64,000 bases of DNA from a virus (IMGVR_UViG_3300022744_000001:2022-66021); one strand, 5' to 3'; positions 27,321-36,461 are shown, counted from the stretch's first letter. Numbers and translations are program-made. Notes: generated by a model from the letters alone, not told the origin.

Positions 27321-28517
27321 ATGACTGCCTCAGCTATCTGCCAGGTCCAAGACGGCGCTGGGCCGTTCCTGACCCCTACCAACGGCCTCGACGTCACTCA
27401 AGGCAATACAGTCTCGATCACGCTCGCTTCAACGACTGACGTGTCTGTTTGGACGCTTCAGATCTTTGGCGTGGATGAAGTCACAGCGACGGCTCCAACG
27501 CTTTCAGGGGTAGACCCGGACACGCACCAAGTCACGACCCCAGGGACAACCGTCACGTTCACGGTTCCGGCTGGGGCGGGCATCGGTCGAGCGTTCCTCA
27601 TTCGCTCTTCCGTGAATGGTGGTGGGTCGAGCCTCACCACGACTTTCGGGCTGTACACGCTGACGTCTTCTGGGCGACGGGTTGGCGCAGTCGGAGAGCG
27701 CTTTGAAGGCAACAACCTTTTCGGGTGGGCCTCGACGGTCAACTCCATCATCCGTGCCGGTGGCGGGGGTGGCGGACTCCCTCCGTTGGCGGGGGTGCAG
27801 TACGCAGTTTTGATGGAAGACCCAGTCGGGGTCCTCACCTTCCAGCAACTGACTCAGAACATGATTGCCCCGGCTTTCGCGATTGCGTCTTTCGCGAAAA
27901 CCGCCCCCAGCGGTTCCGCAACCTTGGTTCGCCGCGGGCAGCTGCTCTCAGGTCTCACAGCAGCCGCGACCTACACTTCCGGGCCCCCAACCTCGGCGAG
28001 CATCGCCAACACGTTAGGGGGCAGCTCAGACGTCGGGGACAACCCCCCGGGGCCTTGGACGATCAACGCCCCTTACGCCACGGCTTCCATGTCTGGGGCG
28101 ATCAGGCGGATCGGTTCTGACCTTGGGTTGAACCCAACCTGGACCTTCACTCTGACCGCCACGAAAAACGCACTCTCGGTTCAGAGCGGCGTGACCGTCA
28201 CATGGACCCGAGACGTGTACTGGGGCGTCGGCCCGGCTGGCTTTTCCACAGAAGCGGACATCGTGGGGTTGGCGGGTAGCACGCTTCAAGTCGGGCGAAA
28301 CCGCATCATCACGGTGAGCCCCTCGAACGAGAAAGTCTACTACGCCTACCCCAAGGCAGATGGCCTCGCCACATTCACTTTGAACAACTTCCCAGCCTCG
28401 TTCCTGGCTCCGGTCGAGGTGCAAGTCACCAACGTCAACAGCGTGACGAGCACCTACTACCTCTACGAGTCAACGAACCTCCTCACCGGTTCCAACCTCA
28501 ACTTCGTGGTGACGTGA
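27321..28517 (+). CDS. hypothetical structural protein (398 aa)
   Basis: Clean ORF between the two fibre genes, rich in Thr, Ser and Gly. Confidence 0.55.
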   Translation: MTASAICQVQDGAGPFLTPTNGLDVTQGNTVSITLASTTDVSVWTLQIFGVDEVTATAPTLSGVDPDTHQVTTPGTTVTFTVPAGAGIGRAFLIRSSVNGGGSSLTTTFGLYTLTSSGRRVGAVGERFEGNNLFGWASTVNSIIRAGGGGGGLPPLAGVQYAVLMEDPVGVLTFQQLTQNMIAPAFAIASFAKTAPSGSATLVRRGQLLSGLTAAATYTSGPPTSASIANTLGGSSDVGDNPPGPWTINAPYATASMSGAIRRIGSDLGLNPTWTFTLTATKNALSVQSGVTVTWTRDVYWGVGPAGFSTEADIVGLAGSTLQVGRNRIITVSPSNEKVYYAYPKADGLATFTLNNFPASFLAPVEVQVTNVNSVTSTYYLYESTNLLTGSNLNFVVT

Positions 28518-28518
28518 C

Positions 28519-29820
28519 ATGGCCATCGGGTTAACTGACATTCTCGTTGCGCTTGGCAACTTCCCGCTGCTCGAGGACATCTTCTTGAAGGGGGGTTTTC
28601 GGGCGGTAGATAACCCCGAAGCGAGAGACGACATTGACCCCAGCATGCAGAAAAGCGGGATGCTCGTTTGGGTGGAGTCCGAAGGGAAGCTCTACCAAAT
28701 GGCAGAAGGGTGGGTTGAGGTCTCTCTTGGGCCAGGCAACGGCTCTACTAACACAGTCCCCGTTTGGTCAAACCCCTCGAACACTCTGGCAAACAGCACA
28801 GATTCGATCGGGGCGGTTAGGTTAGGCTCAAGTGCCGGACAAAACATCATCGTACAACCCACAGCATCCCTTGATGCTGGAGGTGCGAACGTAGAGGTCA
28901 ACGGAGGGGCGGGCGGGCCGACTTCCAATGGAGGTTATGCCTTACTTTACGGCGGTGCTGGTGGGGAGACATCTGGAGATGGCGGCAACGCCTATGTGGC
29001 AGCAGGCGATGCGACCACCGAGGGTCACGGCGGGTACGTTACAATCAATGGTGGTTATGCCGAAGGCACTGACAAAAACGGCGGAAGTGTTCATCTTGAA
29101 GGCGGGCTCCCAACTGGACTCGGGTCACCTGGGAGTATATCGCTCCAAGCGGCGGGCAACACTTCAACAGTTGGCGGCAACGTTGTCCTTAGTGTTGGAG
29201 AGGGCTCGTCCGCCGCTAATGATGGTACCGTACTAATTGCTACCGTAGGAAACTCCAGTCGCGCAGCCCGTCTTCAGTTCCTTGGGAGTAACACTAACCC
29301 CATCAGCATCAAAGCCCCGGCAACGGTCACCACCTACGAGATGACGCTTCCTAGCTCCCAAGGCGGAGCAGGTACCGTTCTGACCAACGATGGTAGCGGC
29401 GGTTTGACTTGGTCCGCTGGTGGCGGAGGCATGGGGGACTATCAGATTAACGCTTCTGTAACGTCCCCTGACGCCACTCCCTTGACGGTTCACACTTACA
29501 CGGACCCAGTGAACACTGATCGTGCCATTATTTGCTATGACATTTTAGCGACGGCGATTGGGCCTTTCGGGAACCGCTACGCGTCGTTCAAAATCAATGC
29601 AGTGTTCGAAATGGACGCCATTTCCGAAGTGATCCACCCTCGAGAAGTCACATACCTAAACGGCCCTGTTCGGACAAACCCCGCTTGGAATGTGCAGTTT
29701 GACATCGTGGGGGCTGACATCAATCTTCAAGTGGTTGGCGAGTCCAATGGTACCGAAGGAACACGATGGCGGATCGTCGGGTTCATTACTCGCAGCGGCT
29801 TCACGTTCTCCGAGGCGTGA
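28519..29820 (+). CDS. glycine-rich tail-fibre-like protein, paralogous to 24190..27192
   Basis: It shares the TN(T/G)VPVWS motif and GGAGG-type repeats with the 1000-aa protein. Confidence 0.7.
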   Translation: MAIGLTDILVALGNFPLLEDIFLKGGFRAVDNPEARDDIDPSMQKSGMLVWVESEGKLYQMAEGWVEVSLGPGNGSTNTVPVWSNPSNTLANSTDSIGAVRLGSSAGQNIIVQPTASLDAGGANVEVNGGAGGPTSNGGYALLYGGAGGETSGDGGNAYVAAGDATTEGHGGYVTINGGYAEGTDKNGGSVHLEGGLPTGLGSPGSISLQAAGNTSTVGGNVVLSVGEGSSAANDGTVLIATVGNSSRAARLQFLGSNTNPISIKAPATVTTYEMTLPSSQGGAGTVLTNDGSGGLTWSAGGGGMGDYQINASVTSPDATPLTVHTYTDPVNTDRAIICYDILATAIGPFGNRYASFKINAVFEMDAISEVIHPREVTYLNGPVRTNPAWNVQFDIVGADINLQVVGESNGTEGTRWRIVGFITRSGFTFSEA

Positions 29821-30262
29821 TGAGCTTCGATAGCACGTCGAGGAATCCGACGTTGTAGAGCGCGTTGGGTCGTCGCTCCTGGACGACCCGAATGCACTCC
29901 TCCCCGGTCATGCCCGTGAGCATGTGCAAGGCCAGGGCACTCACGAGCCCACTACGGTTCCACCCCATCTGGCAGGTGACCAGCACCGGTCTCTTGGCTT
30001 GGAGGGCCAGGGTGACGCCCCGAGCCCCCTTTACAGCGATGTGCAGCTCCCGCTCCGTGATGGGGCGCTCTTGGTCCTCGTTTGGGGCGTAGATGACCTC
30101 GAGCCCAGGGAACCGCTTCTCCGGGGGCTGGTTCTCTTTGGCGCAGAGAACGAGCACCTTGAACCCCACGGAAGCCAAGTAGCTCCCCTCGGGGGGCTTG
30201 GAGCCTTGCCAGAGGCCAGGGTGGATTTCGTTGACATCGAGCCCTGCGGGGTAAACCTTCAT
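29801..30262 (-). CDS. dual-specificity / protein-tyrosine phosphatase (CX5R)
   Basis: VTCQMGWNRSG matches the HCxxGxxRS P-loop. Confidence 0.75.
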   Translation of the reverse strand: MKVYPAGLDVNEIHPGLWQGSKPPEGSYLASVGFKVLVLCAKENQPPEKRFPGLEVIYAPNEDQERPITERELHIAVKGARGVTLALQAKRPVLVTCQMGWNRSGLVSALALHMLTGMTGEECIRVVQERRPNALYNVGFLDVLSKLITPRRT

Positions 30263-30326
30263 GCCTCAGTGACACCGGTATAGAAACTCCAGGGCTCCTG
30301 CGTTACCAGGGCAAGGAGAACGAGCC

Positions 30327-30584
30327 ATGTCGAAGTGTCAAGCCGGAACCCACATCACCATCGAACGCGACGGTCGCGAAATCGACGTCCTGGTCAACGG
30401 GTTCGTCATCCTGGAAGAGGGTCAGGTTGTTGATGCGGAGTTCACCGACGCCCACGACGACAACGGCGAGATCAAGCTCACCGAGAGCGAAATCGATACC
30501 GCTACCGACGAACTGATGGGCTCCTATGACAACCATCTCGAGGACGGGGAGGAGTTCCCGGAGCATGGCTACGACCACGACTGA
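30327..30584 (+). CDS. small acidic hypothetical protein (85 aa)
   Basis: Highly acidic clean ORF. Confidence 0.45.
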   Translation: MSKCQAGTHITIERDGREIDVLVNGFVILEEGQVVDAEFTDAHDDNGEIKLTESEIDTATDELMGSYDNHLEDGEEFPEHGYDHD

Positions 30585-30742
30585 GGGTTTGTTTTAGGTA
30601 GACGATCGCAGGCATTCTGGAGTACAACATCCAGACTGATCTTTTGTGACATCCCTGTGTCAGACCATGCGCAACATATAGCGCCGCTGACCATGAGGCT
30701 CTACTACTCCTAGTAGAGCCTGTAAATTCGTTACGTCAAGGG

Positions 30743-30771
30743 TTGACGCGTTACAAAATGCGGGATACGTT
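30743..30771 (+). promoter_or_regulatory. sigma70-like promoter TTGACG-N17-TACGTT
   Basis: ttgacg at 30743-30748, a 17-nt spacer and tacgtt at 30766-30771. The same architecture recurs at 62979 and 63150. Confidence 0.45.
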
Positions 30772-30841
30772 GCGGGTACTTTCCAAGGTTCATTGCCACC
30801 TTGAAGCGCAAGCCCCCAACTCCAAAACCCCCGGAAAGTGA

Positions 30842-30874
30842 AAGCGGCTGACCCCCTCAGCCGCTTTCGTCTTT
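30842..30874. terminator. intrinsic terminator hairpin (10-bp perfect stem, CCCCC loop) followed by a T-rich tract
   Basis: aagcggctga-ccccc-tcagccgctt followed by tcgtcttt. It overlaps the stop codon of minus-strand ORF 30857..31156. Confidence 0.55.
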
Positions 30875-31156
30875 ATGCATGCAGGGGAAGCAAATCCGGT
30901 AGGTCGTGAACCGGCCATTGAGCGGGCGATACGCTTCTCCTTTGGCAGGGATGGCTCTCGCGCACAAGCAGCACTCCCAAGGCTTTTTGGTGATGGTCCG
31001 GGCCCAGAGGACTCGGACAGTGCAGCCCTCGACGGTCAGGTTGGAGAGGTAGGAGGTCCCGGGGAGGAACTCCTTCTTGTTCGTGATTGAGACCACAGAG
31101 TAGGTTTGGCACAGAACCGGTGTCAGTGTCACCGATGCGTGATGCCCCCGCCCCAC
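30857..31156 (-). CDS. Cys-rich hypothetical protein (99 aa)
   Basis: ORF with a CCLC...CFPC pattern. It overlaps the ARH start. Reality uncertain. Confidence 0.3.
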   Translation of the reverse strand: MGRGHHASVTLTPVLCQTYSVVSITNKKEFLPGTSYLSNLTVEGCTVRVLWARTITKKPWECCLCARAIPAKGEAYRPLNGRFTTYRICFPCMHKDESG

Positions 31157-32049
31157 TTCTTGGTCAAGCCATCGCTGATGCCCTGGGTATGCCGTTCGAG
31201 TTGTGTGGTCCCGAAGATCCCAAGTTGAAGGACTGGGATGGGCAGACCTACCACTCGAGCGAGTACCACAAGCTCATGCCAGGGCAGTGGTCCGACGACA
31301 CGATGATGGCCAAGCTCCTGGCCGAAAGCCTTCTCCAGGTGGGCGGGTATGACCCGGAGAACGCAGCCAAACGCTACCTGGGTTGGTACAAGAGCGGGGA
31401 CCACCGGGGGATGGGGACGGCGACCAGGACCGCCCTCGGTCGCCTGGACGAGGGCAAGGATTGGTCGGAGTCCGGAGTCGAGAACGCCCAGGGGAACGGG
31501 ACCGCCATGAGGGCGATCCCTCTCGGGGTTTTCTTCCGGAACCGTCTCGACCTCCTCGTCGAGGCTGCAAGCTTGGACTCTCACATCACCCATCGGTCGG
31601 ACGAGGCTGAGGAGGGGGCGATCGCAATCGCCCTGGCTGCCGCATACCTCTACCGTGGCCTCCCGAAGGATGAGCTTCCAGAGGCTATCTCGAGGCGGCT
31701 CAAAGACGGCCCCATCAAGACCGGAGTCATGAAGTGCGAGTTCTACCTTCGCACCGGCGGAGTCTCGGTTGGGGAAGCACTCCGAGTCATTGGCACGAAA
31801 CCCCACGTGGTCCAGACCGTGCCCGCTGCCCTGGCCGCGTTCCTTTTGTCCAAGACCTACCTGGAGGCTGTCCAAGCTGCGATTCGGGCCGGGGGCGATA
31901 CGGACACCACAGCCGCCATCGCCGGTGGCCTGGCGGGCATCTACTACGGTCGCCAAGCCATCCCCGCGGACCTCATCCCTCCGCTCGAGGCCGCAGACGC
32001 CCTCAGTGGGCTCGACTTCCAACTCAACACCCCTGCCCGTGAACTCTGA
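31135..32049 (+). CDS. ADP-ribosylglycohydrolase (ARH/DraG family)
   Basis: GQAIADALGMPFE, GQWSDDT, GNGTAMR and GGDTDTTAAIAGGLAGIYYG are characteristic ARH motifs. Confidence 0.85.
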   Translation: MRDAPAPLLGQAIADALGMPFELCGPEDPKLKDWDGQTYHSSEYHKLMPGQWSDDTMMAKLLAESLLQVGGYDPENAAKRYLGWYKSGDHRGMGTATRTALGRLDEGKDWSESGVENAQGNGTAMRAIPLGVFFRNRLDLLVEAASLDSHITHRSDEAEEGAIAIALAAAYLYRGLPKDELPEAISRRLKDGPIKTGVMKCEFYLRTGGVSVGEALRVIGTKPHVVQTVPAALAAFLLSKTYLEAVQAAIRAGGDTDTTAAIAGGLAGIYYGRQAIPADLIPPLEAADALSGLDFQLNTPAREL

Positions 32050-32207
32050 GACCCTCCGCTGCATGGGGCTGGGGATTTGCCCCCAGTGCAAAGGGCCAGC
32101 TCGGAATGAGCCACCCTCGGGCTACTTCTGGTGTCCAAAGTGCAAGCGAATTCTTTGGCATTTGCGCCGGATAGCGGCTACCACTGCCAAATCGGAGGGT
32201 TCGGGGG

Positions 32208-33047
32208 ATGCTGGAAGACAACAAGCTGAGGATTTTCGAGAGGTTCTCGGTAGACAAGGAGCTTCCGAAGTTCCAAAAGCCGAAGGGTGAGAACGTAGAA
32301 CTCGTTCGAGCGGACGGGTCCACGGACCACGCCGTGATTTACGAGTTTGCGATCGACCTGGTCAATAGAGGCTGGACAGAGGGCATCGAAATCACGGAAG
32401 CCGTCGCGGACCGGATTACGTTGCGGGGCCGAGTCAAAGGGTTTCGTGGCTGGCTCCGGAAGCTGCTCCATTGGGTCACCCAGAGGCCGAGCATCACCAT
32501 CCCTCAGTTCTTCACCCTCGTGAAGGGTTCCGTGAAGGACCTCGAGATCGTGGAGGCGCGTGCCAAGGGGTACGAGGAGGCCATCTCCAACGCCCGCAAG
32601 TTCGGCCAGAAAGCCCTCGTTGAGGAGCTGACACAGAACCTGGTTGCGGTCCGGCTCGAGGCGCACTTGGTCACGATGGGGCTGACCAAGTACCTGACCG
32701 AGGACAAGCTCGTCGAATTCGTGAAGCTGTGCCCGAAGGGGCTCCGGCTCGACTGGATCGCGAACTTTGGGCGTCGCATCCCCACAGAGCTGCTCGAGCG
32801 CAAGCTCGCCTGCGACGAACGGTTCCTCTTCGACAACTACGTCATCCTCCACTACGACCCCAAAGGCAAGAGCTGGAAGGAAACGGAAGCCGAGAAGGCC
32901 GCCCGCAAAGACCCGATCCTCTTCGGGGTCATGAAGGGGCGCCGCCAGCTCTACTACCTCGGGGACTGGGTCGATGAGCTTTGCGACCTCACGCTCGACC
33001 AGATTGCAGATACGATTGGGAAGAGTGCGATCGGGGAGCTGAAATAA
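32208..33047 (+). CDS. hypothetical protein (279 aa)
   Basis: Clean ORF upstream of the HNH gene. No motif was recognised. Confidence 0.5.
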   Translation: MLEDNKLRIFERFSVDKELPKFQKPKGENVELVRADGSTDHAVIYEFAIDLVNRGWTEGIEITEAVADRITLRGRVKGFRGWLRKLLHWVTQRPSITIPQFFTLVKGSVKDLEIVEARAKGYEEAISNARKFGQKALVEELTQNLVAVRLEAHLVTMGLTKYLTEDKLVEFVKLCPKGLRLDWIANFGRRIPTELLERKLACDERFLFDNYVILHYDPKGKSWKETEAEKAARKDPILFGVMKGRRQLYYLGDWVDELCDLTLDQIADTIGKSAIGELK

Positions 33048-33051
33048 CCCA

Positions 33052-33729
33052 GTGGACAGTAGCGCAGAAGAGTTTGAGCAGATAGTGCGCGAGAGTTTAT
33101 CCGCTGCACAAGCCCTACGAAAACTGGACCGGGCTACCGTGGGGTCCAACTACGACTGGGTGCGTCGGGAGGTTCAACGGTTTGGGCTCGACACATCTCA
33201 CTGGGGAAGAGCTGGTGCTCGCAATACAACCCCGAACCTCGATGAGGTTTTCATTGAGAATGGTGCCTACTCAACAGGTCTTGTTAAGACGATCATTCTT
33301 CGTGAACGTTTACTCCCGGAGCTGTGTGCTGAGTGTGGATTAGGACCCTCCTGGAGGGGTAAGAAATTAGTCCTCCGCCTTGACCACAAAAACGGGAAAC
33401 GAAGTGATCACCGGCTCGGAAACTTGCGTTTTCTGTGTCCGAACTGCGACTCTCAAACAGAGACATTTTGCGGTCGCAACAAACGTCTCCCAGCCAAGCT
33501 GTGTAAATGCGGGGTGGCAATAGGGCAGCAGTCCGCAGCTTGCAGGTCGTGCACGGCAAAAAGCAGAAAACCAACAACGAAAATCGTTTGGCCTCCATTC
33601 GAGGAAGTGCAGGAAAGGGTCAAAAACACCTCCTTCCTTGCCACAGCCAAACATCTTGGTGTATCAGATAATGCAGTTCGGAAGTTTTTACGCTCCCGTG
33701 CCCGAGTGGTTGAAGGGGCAGGATTCTAA
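33052..33729 (+). CDS. HNH homing endonuclease
   Basis: LDHKNGKRSDHRLGNLRFLCPNCDSQ is an HNH motif. GC content is locally lower. The stop codon lies inside the downstream tRNA. Confidence 0.8.
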   Translation: MDSSAEEFEQIVRESLSAAQALRKLDRATVGSNYDWVRREVQRFGLDTSHWGRAGARNTTPNLDEVFIENGAYSTGLVKTIILRERLLPELCAECGLGPSWRGKKLVLRLDHKNGKRSDHRLGNLRFLCPNCDSQTETFCGRNKRLPAKLCKCGVAIGQQSAACRSCTAKSRKPTTKIVWPPFEEVQERVKNTSFLATAKHLGVSDNAVRKFLRSRARVVEGAGF

Positions 33730-33783
33730 ATCCTTGGGGCCGCAAGGCCCACGCCGCAGGTTCGAACCCTGCCGGGAGCGCCA
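33692..33783 (+). tRNA. class II (Ser-like) tRNA with anticodon CUA, a putative amber suppressor; CCA encoded
   Basis: GCTCCCGTGCCCGAGTGGTTGAAGGGGCAGGATTCTAAATCCTTGGGGCCGCAAGGCCCACGCCGCAGGTTCGAACCCTGCCGGGAGCGCCA. The acceptor stem is 7 bp and perfect, the D-arm is Ser-like (GCCCGAGTGGTTGAAGGG), the anticodon loop is TTCTAAA, there is a long variable hairpin and a canonical T-arm. Confidence 0.5.
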
Positions 33784-33784
33784 G

Positions 33785-34111
33785 TCAAGAGCGTAAAGCG
33801 AGAGGAAGCCGCTGAACAAGTCGTTTTGCGGCGGGCTCGAGCGCGATGGCGGTCACCTCGTTGTCTCGGTCCGGCTCCCGAAACAAGCTGACCCTGAACC
33901 CTCGACGGGTCGCATCCTCCGCGAGACGAGTCAGGGAAGGCTCATCAGGGCTCTCGAGGAGAGCGAGGTAGTTCGACTGCTCGAACCACTCCCGCTCGAC
34001 CTCCGGGTGCTCCGCGACGAACCCTCGCATGGCGTGAGCTGCTTGGACAGCTTGCGCGCCAAGAGGGAGGTCGCTTCGGACAATGAGGTAGAGTTTGTCA
34101 CCCATCCTCAT
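33785..34111 (-). CDS. peptidyl-tRNA hydrolase, Pth2-like
   Basis: KLYLIVRSDLPLGAQAVQAAHA and a Pth2-like length (108 aa). The stop codon is 1 nt after the tRNA CCA. Confidence 0.55.
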   Translation of the reverse strand: MRMGDKLYLIVRSDLPLGAQAVQAAHAMRGFVAEHPEVEREWFEQSNYLALLESPDEPSLTRLAEDATRRGFRVSLFREPDRDNEVTAIALEPAAKRLVQRLPLALRS

Positions 34112-34535
34112 CGTCGGTACCTTCCTCGTCTTCGTCGTCGCTCAGGTGCAACCCAACCCTGTGAATGACCTCCTCTGGAATCCCGGCCGCCCGGAGCTTC
34201 CCGTCCCAGTCAGCGTAGGGGCGGTCCCCGCCACCCCACTTGCGCTCGCCCACGAAGAACATGGGAGGGTCACTGTGGATTTTCCCGTGAGGGGTCTCAA
34301 CGTAGGGCCAGATCTCCAAGGGCGAGTCGTTGCAGCACCCGCAGTTGTGCCGCATGTCGAACTTGGTCACCTGGCTGTTCACTGAGGCTGAGCAGTAGGC
34401 GACCTTGTTCCAGCGGCCGACATGCTTGCGCAGATCAGGGTAGAGTTCGGCCAGTTTGGCCAACCTCTCCGCTTCCTGGTCCTTTGCCCGGGCTTCCCCC
34501 CGGGCTTGTTGGATCTCTTCAGCGATGGTACCCAT
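34098..34535 (-). CDS. hypothetical protein with acidic C-terminal tail
   Basis: Clean ORF overlapping the Pth2 start. Confidence 0.45.
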   Translation of the reverse strand: MGTIAEEIQQARGEARAKDQEAERLAKLAELYPDLRKHVGRWNKVAYCSASVNSQVTKFDMRHNCGCCNDSPLEIWPYVETPHGKIHSDPPMFFVGERKWGGGDRPYADWDGKLRAAGIPEEVIHRVGLHLSDDEDEEGTDDEDG

Positions 34536-34538
34536 GGC

Positions 34539-34991
34539 TCAGGCCGCCTTCCGCTCAAACTTCGGGCGGAGACCCGCAAGCCACATACCGATGTCGTCCT
34601 CGGAGATAGCGGCTCCGCCCCCGAAGCTCTGGAGAAGGCTGTGGAGCGCTCGAGGGCTCAAGACCTCCGCGGTCGTTCGCTCGATTTGGACATACTCGAG
34701 GCCCCGGAGCATTCCGAGCAGCACCAGGTGCAGTCGGATCCAGTACCGGCCATCCCGCTTCTGGTCCCACAGGCGAGACCGGTCGTAACCGGTCTCGGGG
34801 CGGCGGTAGGGTTTGAGGGCTCGTTTGCCGTTGACCCTCCTACCATCCTCACCCCGCTGGGAGCGGAGGGTGGCGATGGCGTCGGCCGACCCGGGCGTCC
34901 AAGCCAGCTCTTGGAGCTGGCGGCGGATCCCCATCTGGGCGTCGGTCAGGGTCTTGAGTTCAGTGCGCAGCTTCTTGATAGTTTCCTTCAT
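34539..34991 (-). CDS. hypothetical protein (150 aa)
   Basis: Clean ORF. Confidence 0.45.
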   Translation of the reverse strand: MKETIKKLRTELKTLTDAQMGIRRQLQELAWTPGSADAIATLRSQRGEDGRRVNGKRALKPYRRPETGYDRSRLWDQKRDGRYWIRLHLVLLGMLRGLEYVQIERTTAEVLSPRALHSLLQSFGGGAAISEDDIGMWLAGLRPKFERKAA

Positions 34992-35504
34992 GATTTCCTC
35001 CAGTTCGCGTTGTGTTCAGGTCGATGACGAGACTGAACGGCGCGTGGAGGACCACGAGGAGCGTGCGCTAAAGGATGTAGCTAGTGACCCATGACTTCCA
35101 TCCTAAACACCGGACCGCGGGGGTCAAGAGGGGAAATTCGATCTGGTCGGTTTAGGCTCGAGGGGGCTCGCGCGTTACCAGGGCAAGGAAGGCTGGTGTC
35201 AGATGGCAACGAAGAGCGGATTCGTGTTCAAGAAGGAAGGGTTCGTGATCGAGTTCAAGCAGGACGACGGTCGTTGGACCGACGACTTGGGAGGCGTGAC
35301 CCTCAACGAGTTCAGCGCCGAATCGGACGCGCAGGTTGTCCTGGACTCTCTTCGCACCCTGGAAGGGGTTTGGGCGAGCCGGGAGTACCGCATCAGCCCG
35401 GTGTGGTTCGAGTGAGCTTGTAGAGGGGGTTCCGTTCCCTCTCGCGCTCGACAAGGTCACGACAGAACTCGCACTCGGCTGCATGGCCGGACAGGGGCTC
35501 GTGG

Positions 35505-36146
35505 CTAAAAACCACCCGCTCCAAGTTGGCGGCGGACAAATGAGAGGAGGCGTCCTGCTCGAGAGCTGAGGCCACCTTCAATAGGGCTTGGCGGAGTTCT
35601 TCGTCCATGCTCCTTAAGACGCTCGAGCCCGCCTGAAACTGAGCAGTGGTCATACTCTTTTCTGGCCCATCGCCCCCGCTCCTCGGCCCGGTAGGCCACC
35701 AGCTCGGGGTCGCTCCCGTGCACAACGGCCCGGGTGTCGAAGTCGATGAGGTAGTCCTCCTCGTTGAAGGGGAGGGGCCATTTGATAAGGGTCTCGCAGA
35801 CCACCGGGTGGTCGTTCGCGCTCATGTTTTGGCGCAGGACCCGGTTTCGCCCCGCAAGAGCGTTAGGCACCTCCTCGTAACGCCGAACCCGTCCGCCCAC
35901 GAACACGACGCCCGATTCGTCCACACGCGACCCCTGGACTCGAGTCGAGAACCGGAAGCCATAAGGCCGCGCGCCAACCCGGGCCTCGGCTTCTTGGGTC
36001 AAATCCAAAGCCAGGCGAAGGTCCCAAACCGGAACGGGGATCGCCCGCTCCTCGATGTACATGGAGCCTTGGAAGAGAAACAGGACGTGGTGGGTCTCTC
36101 CGTACCCCACGACTCTTCCGCTATCGGGATGCAGTAGCTCGGACAA
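35505..36146 (-). CDS. hypothetical protein (213 aa)
   Basis: Clean ORF. It was examined for Tpt1/2H-phosphoesterase motifs, which were not convincing. Confidence 0.45.
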   Translation of the reverse strand: MSELLHPDSGRVVGYGETHHVLFLFQGSMYIEERAIPVPVWDLRLALDLTQEAEARVGARPYGFRFSTRVQGSRVDESGVVFVGGRVRRYEEVPNALAGRNRVLRQNMSANDHPVVCETLIKWPLPFNEEDYLIDFDTRAVVHGSDPELVAYRAEERGRWARKEYDHCSVSGGLERLKEHGRRTPPSPIEGGLSSRAGRLLSFVRRQLGAGGF

Positions 36147-36461
36147 GAGGAATCTCCTTCGGCAAAGTGTTCACGTACGCCTCGAGCTTGGAGCGCTCGG
36201 CGGCGGTGAGTTGTAAAAAGGTAGACACCTGGCGAAGGTCGGCGGCAAGGCGGTCTTTGCTGCTGAACGGAAACATTCCGCTCTCAATCATGATGGCTTT
36301 CGCCATCATCGAAACAAATCCGCCGTTGTTGTACGAGTTTGTAAGCGCGCTCCGGACACACAGCATAGGGGCCTCCGGGGGTAGGCAACCGATGACGTGC
36401 AGTAACATGCCACAATAGCCGGAACTTCCCGAGCGCGCCAGGGCCCGGTGTCCAAGAGGGC

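Noticed and set aside
35505-36146. Tpt1/KptA RNA 2'-phosphotransferase or 2H phosphoesterase, to complete a tRNA-repair pathway
   Set aside because: The characteristic motifs (LRH, KKRF, HGT/VHLS or paired HxT/S) could not be found convincingly, so it is left as hypothetical.
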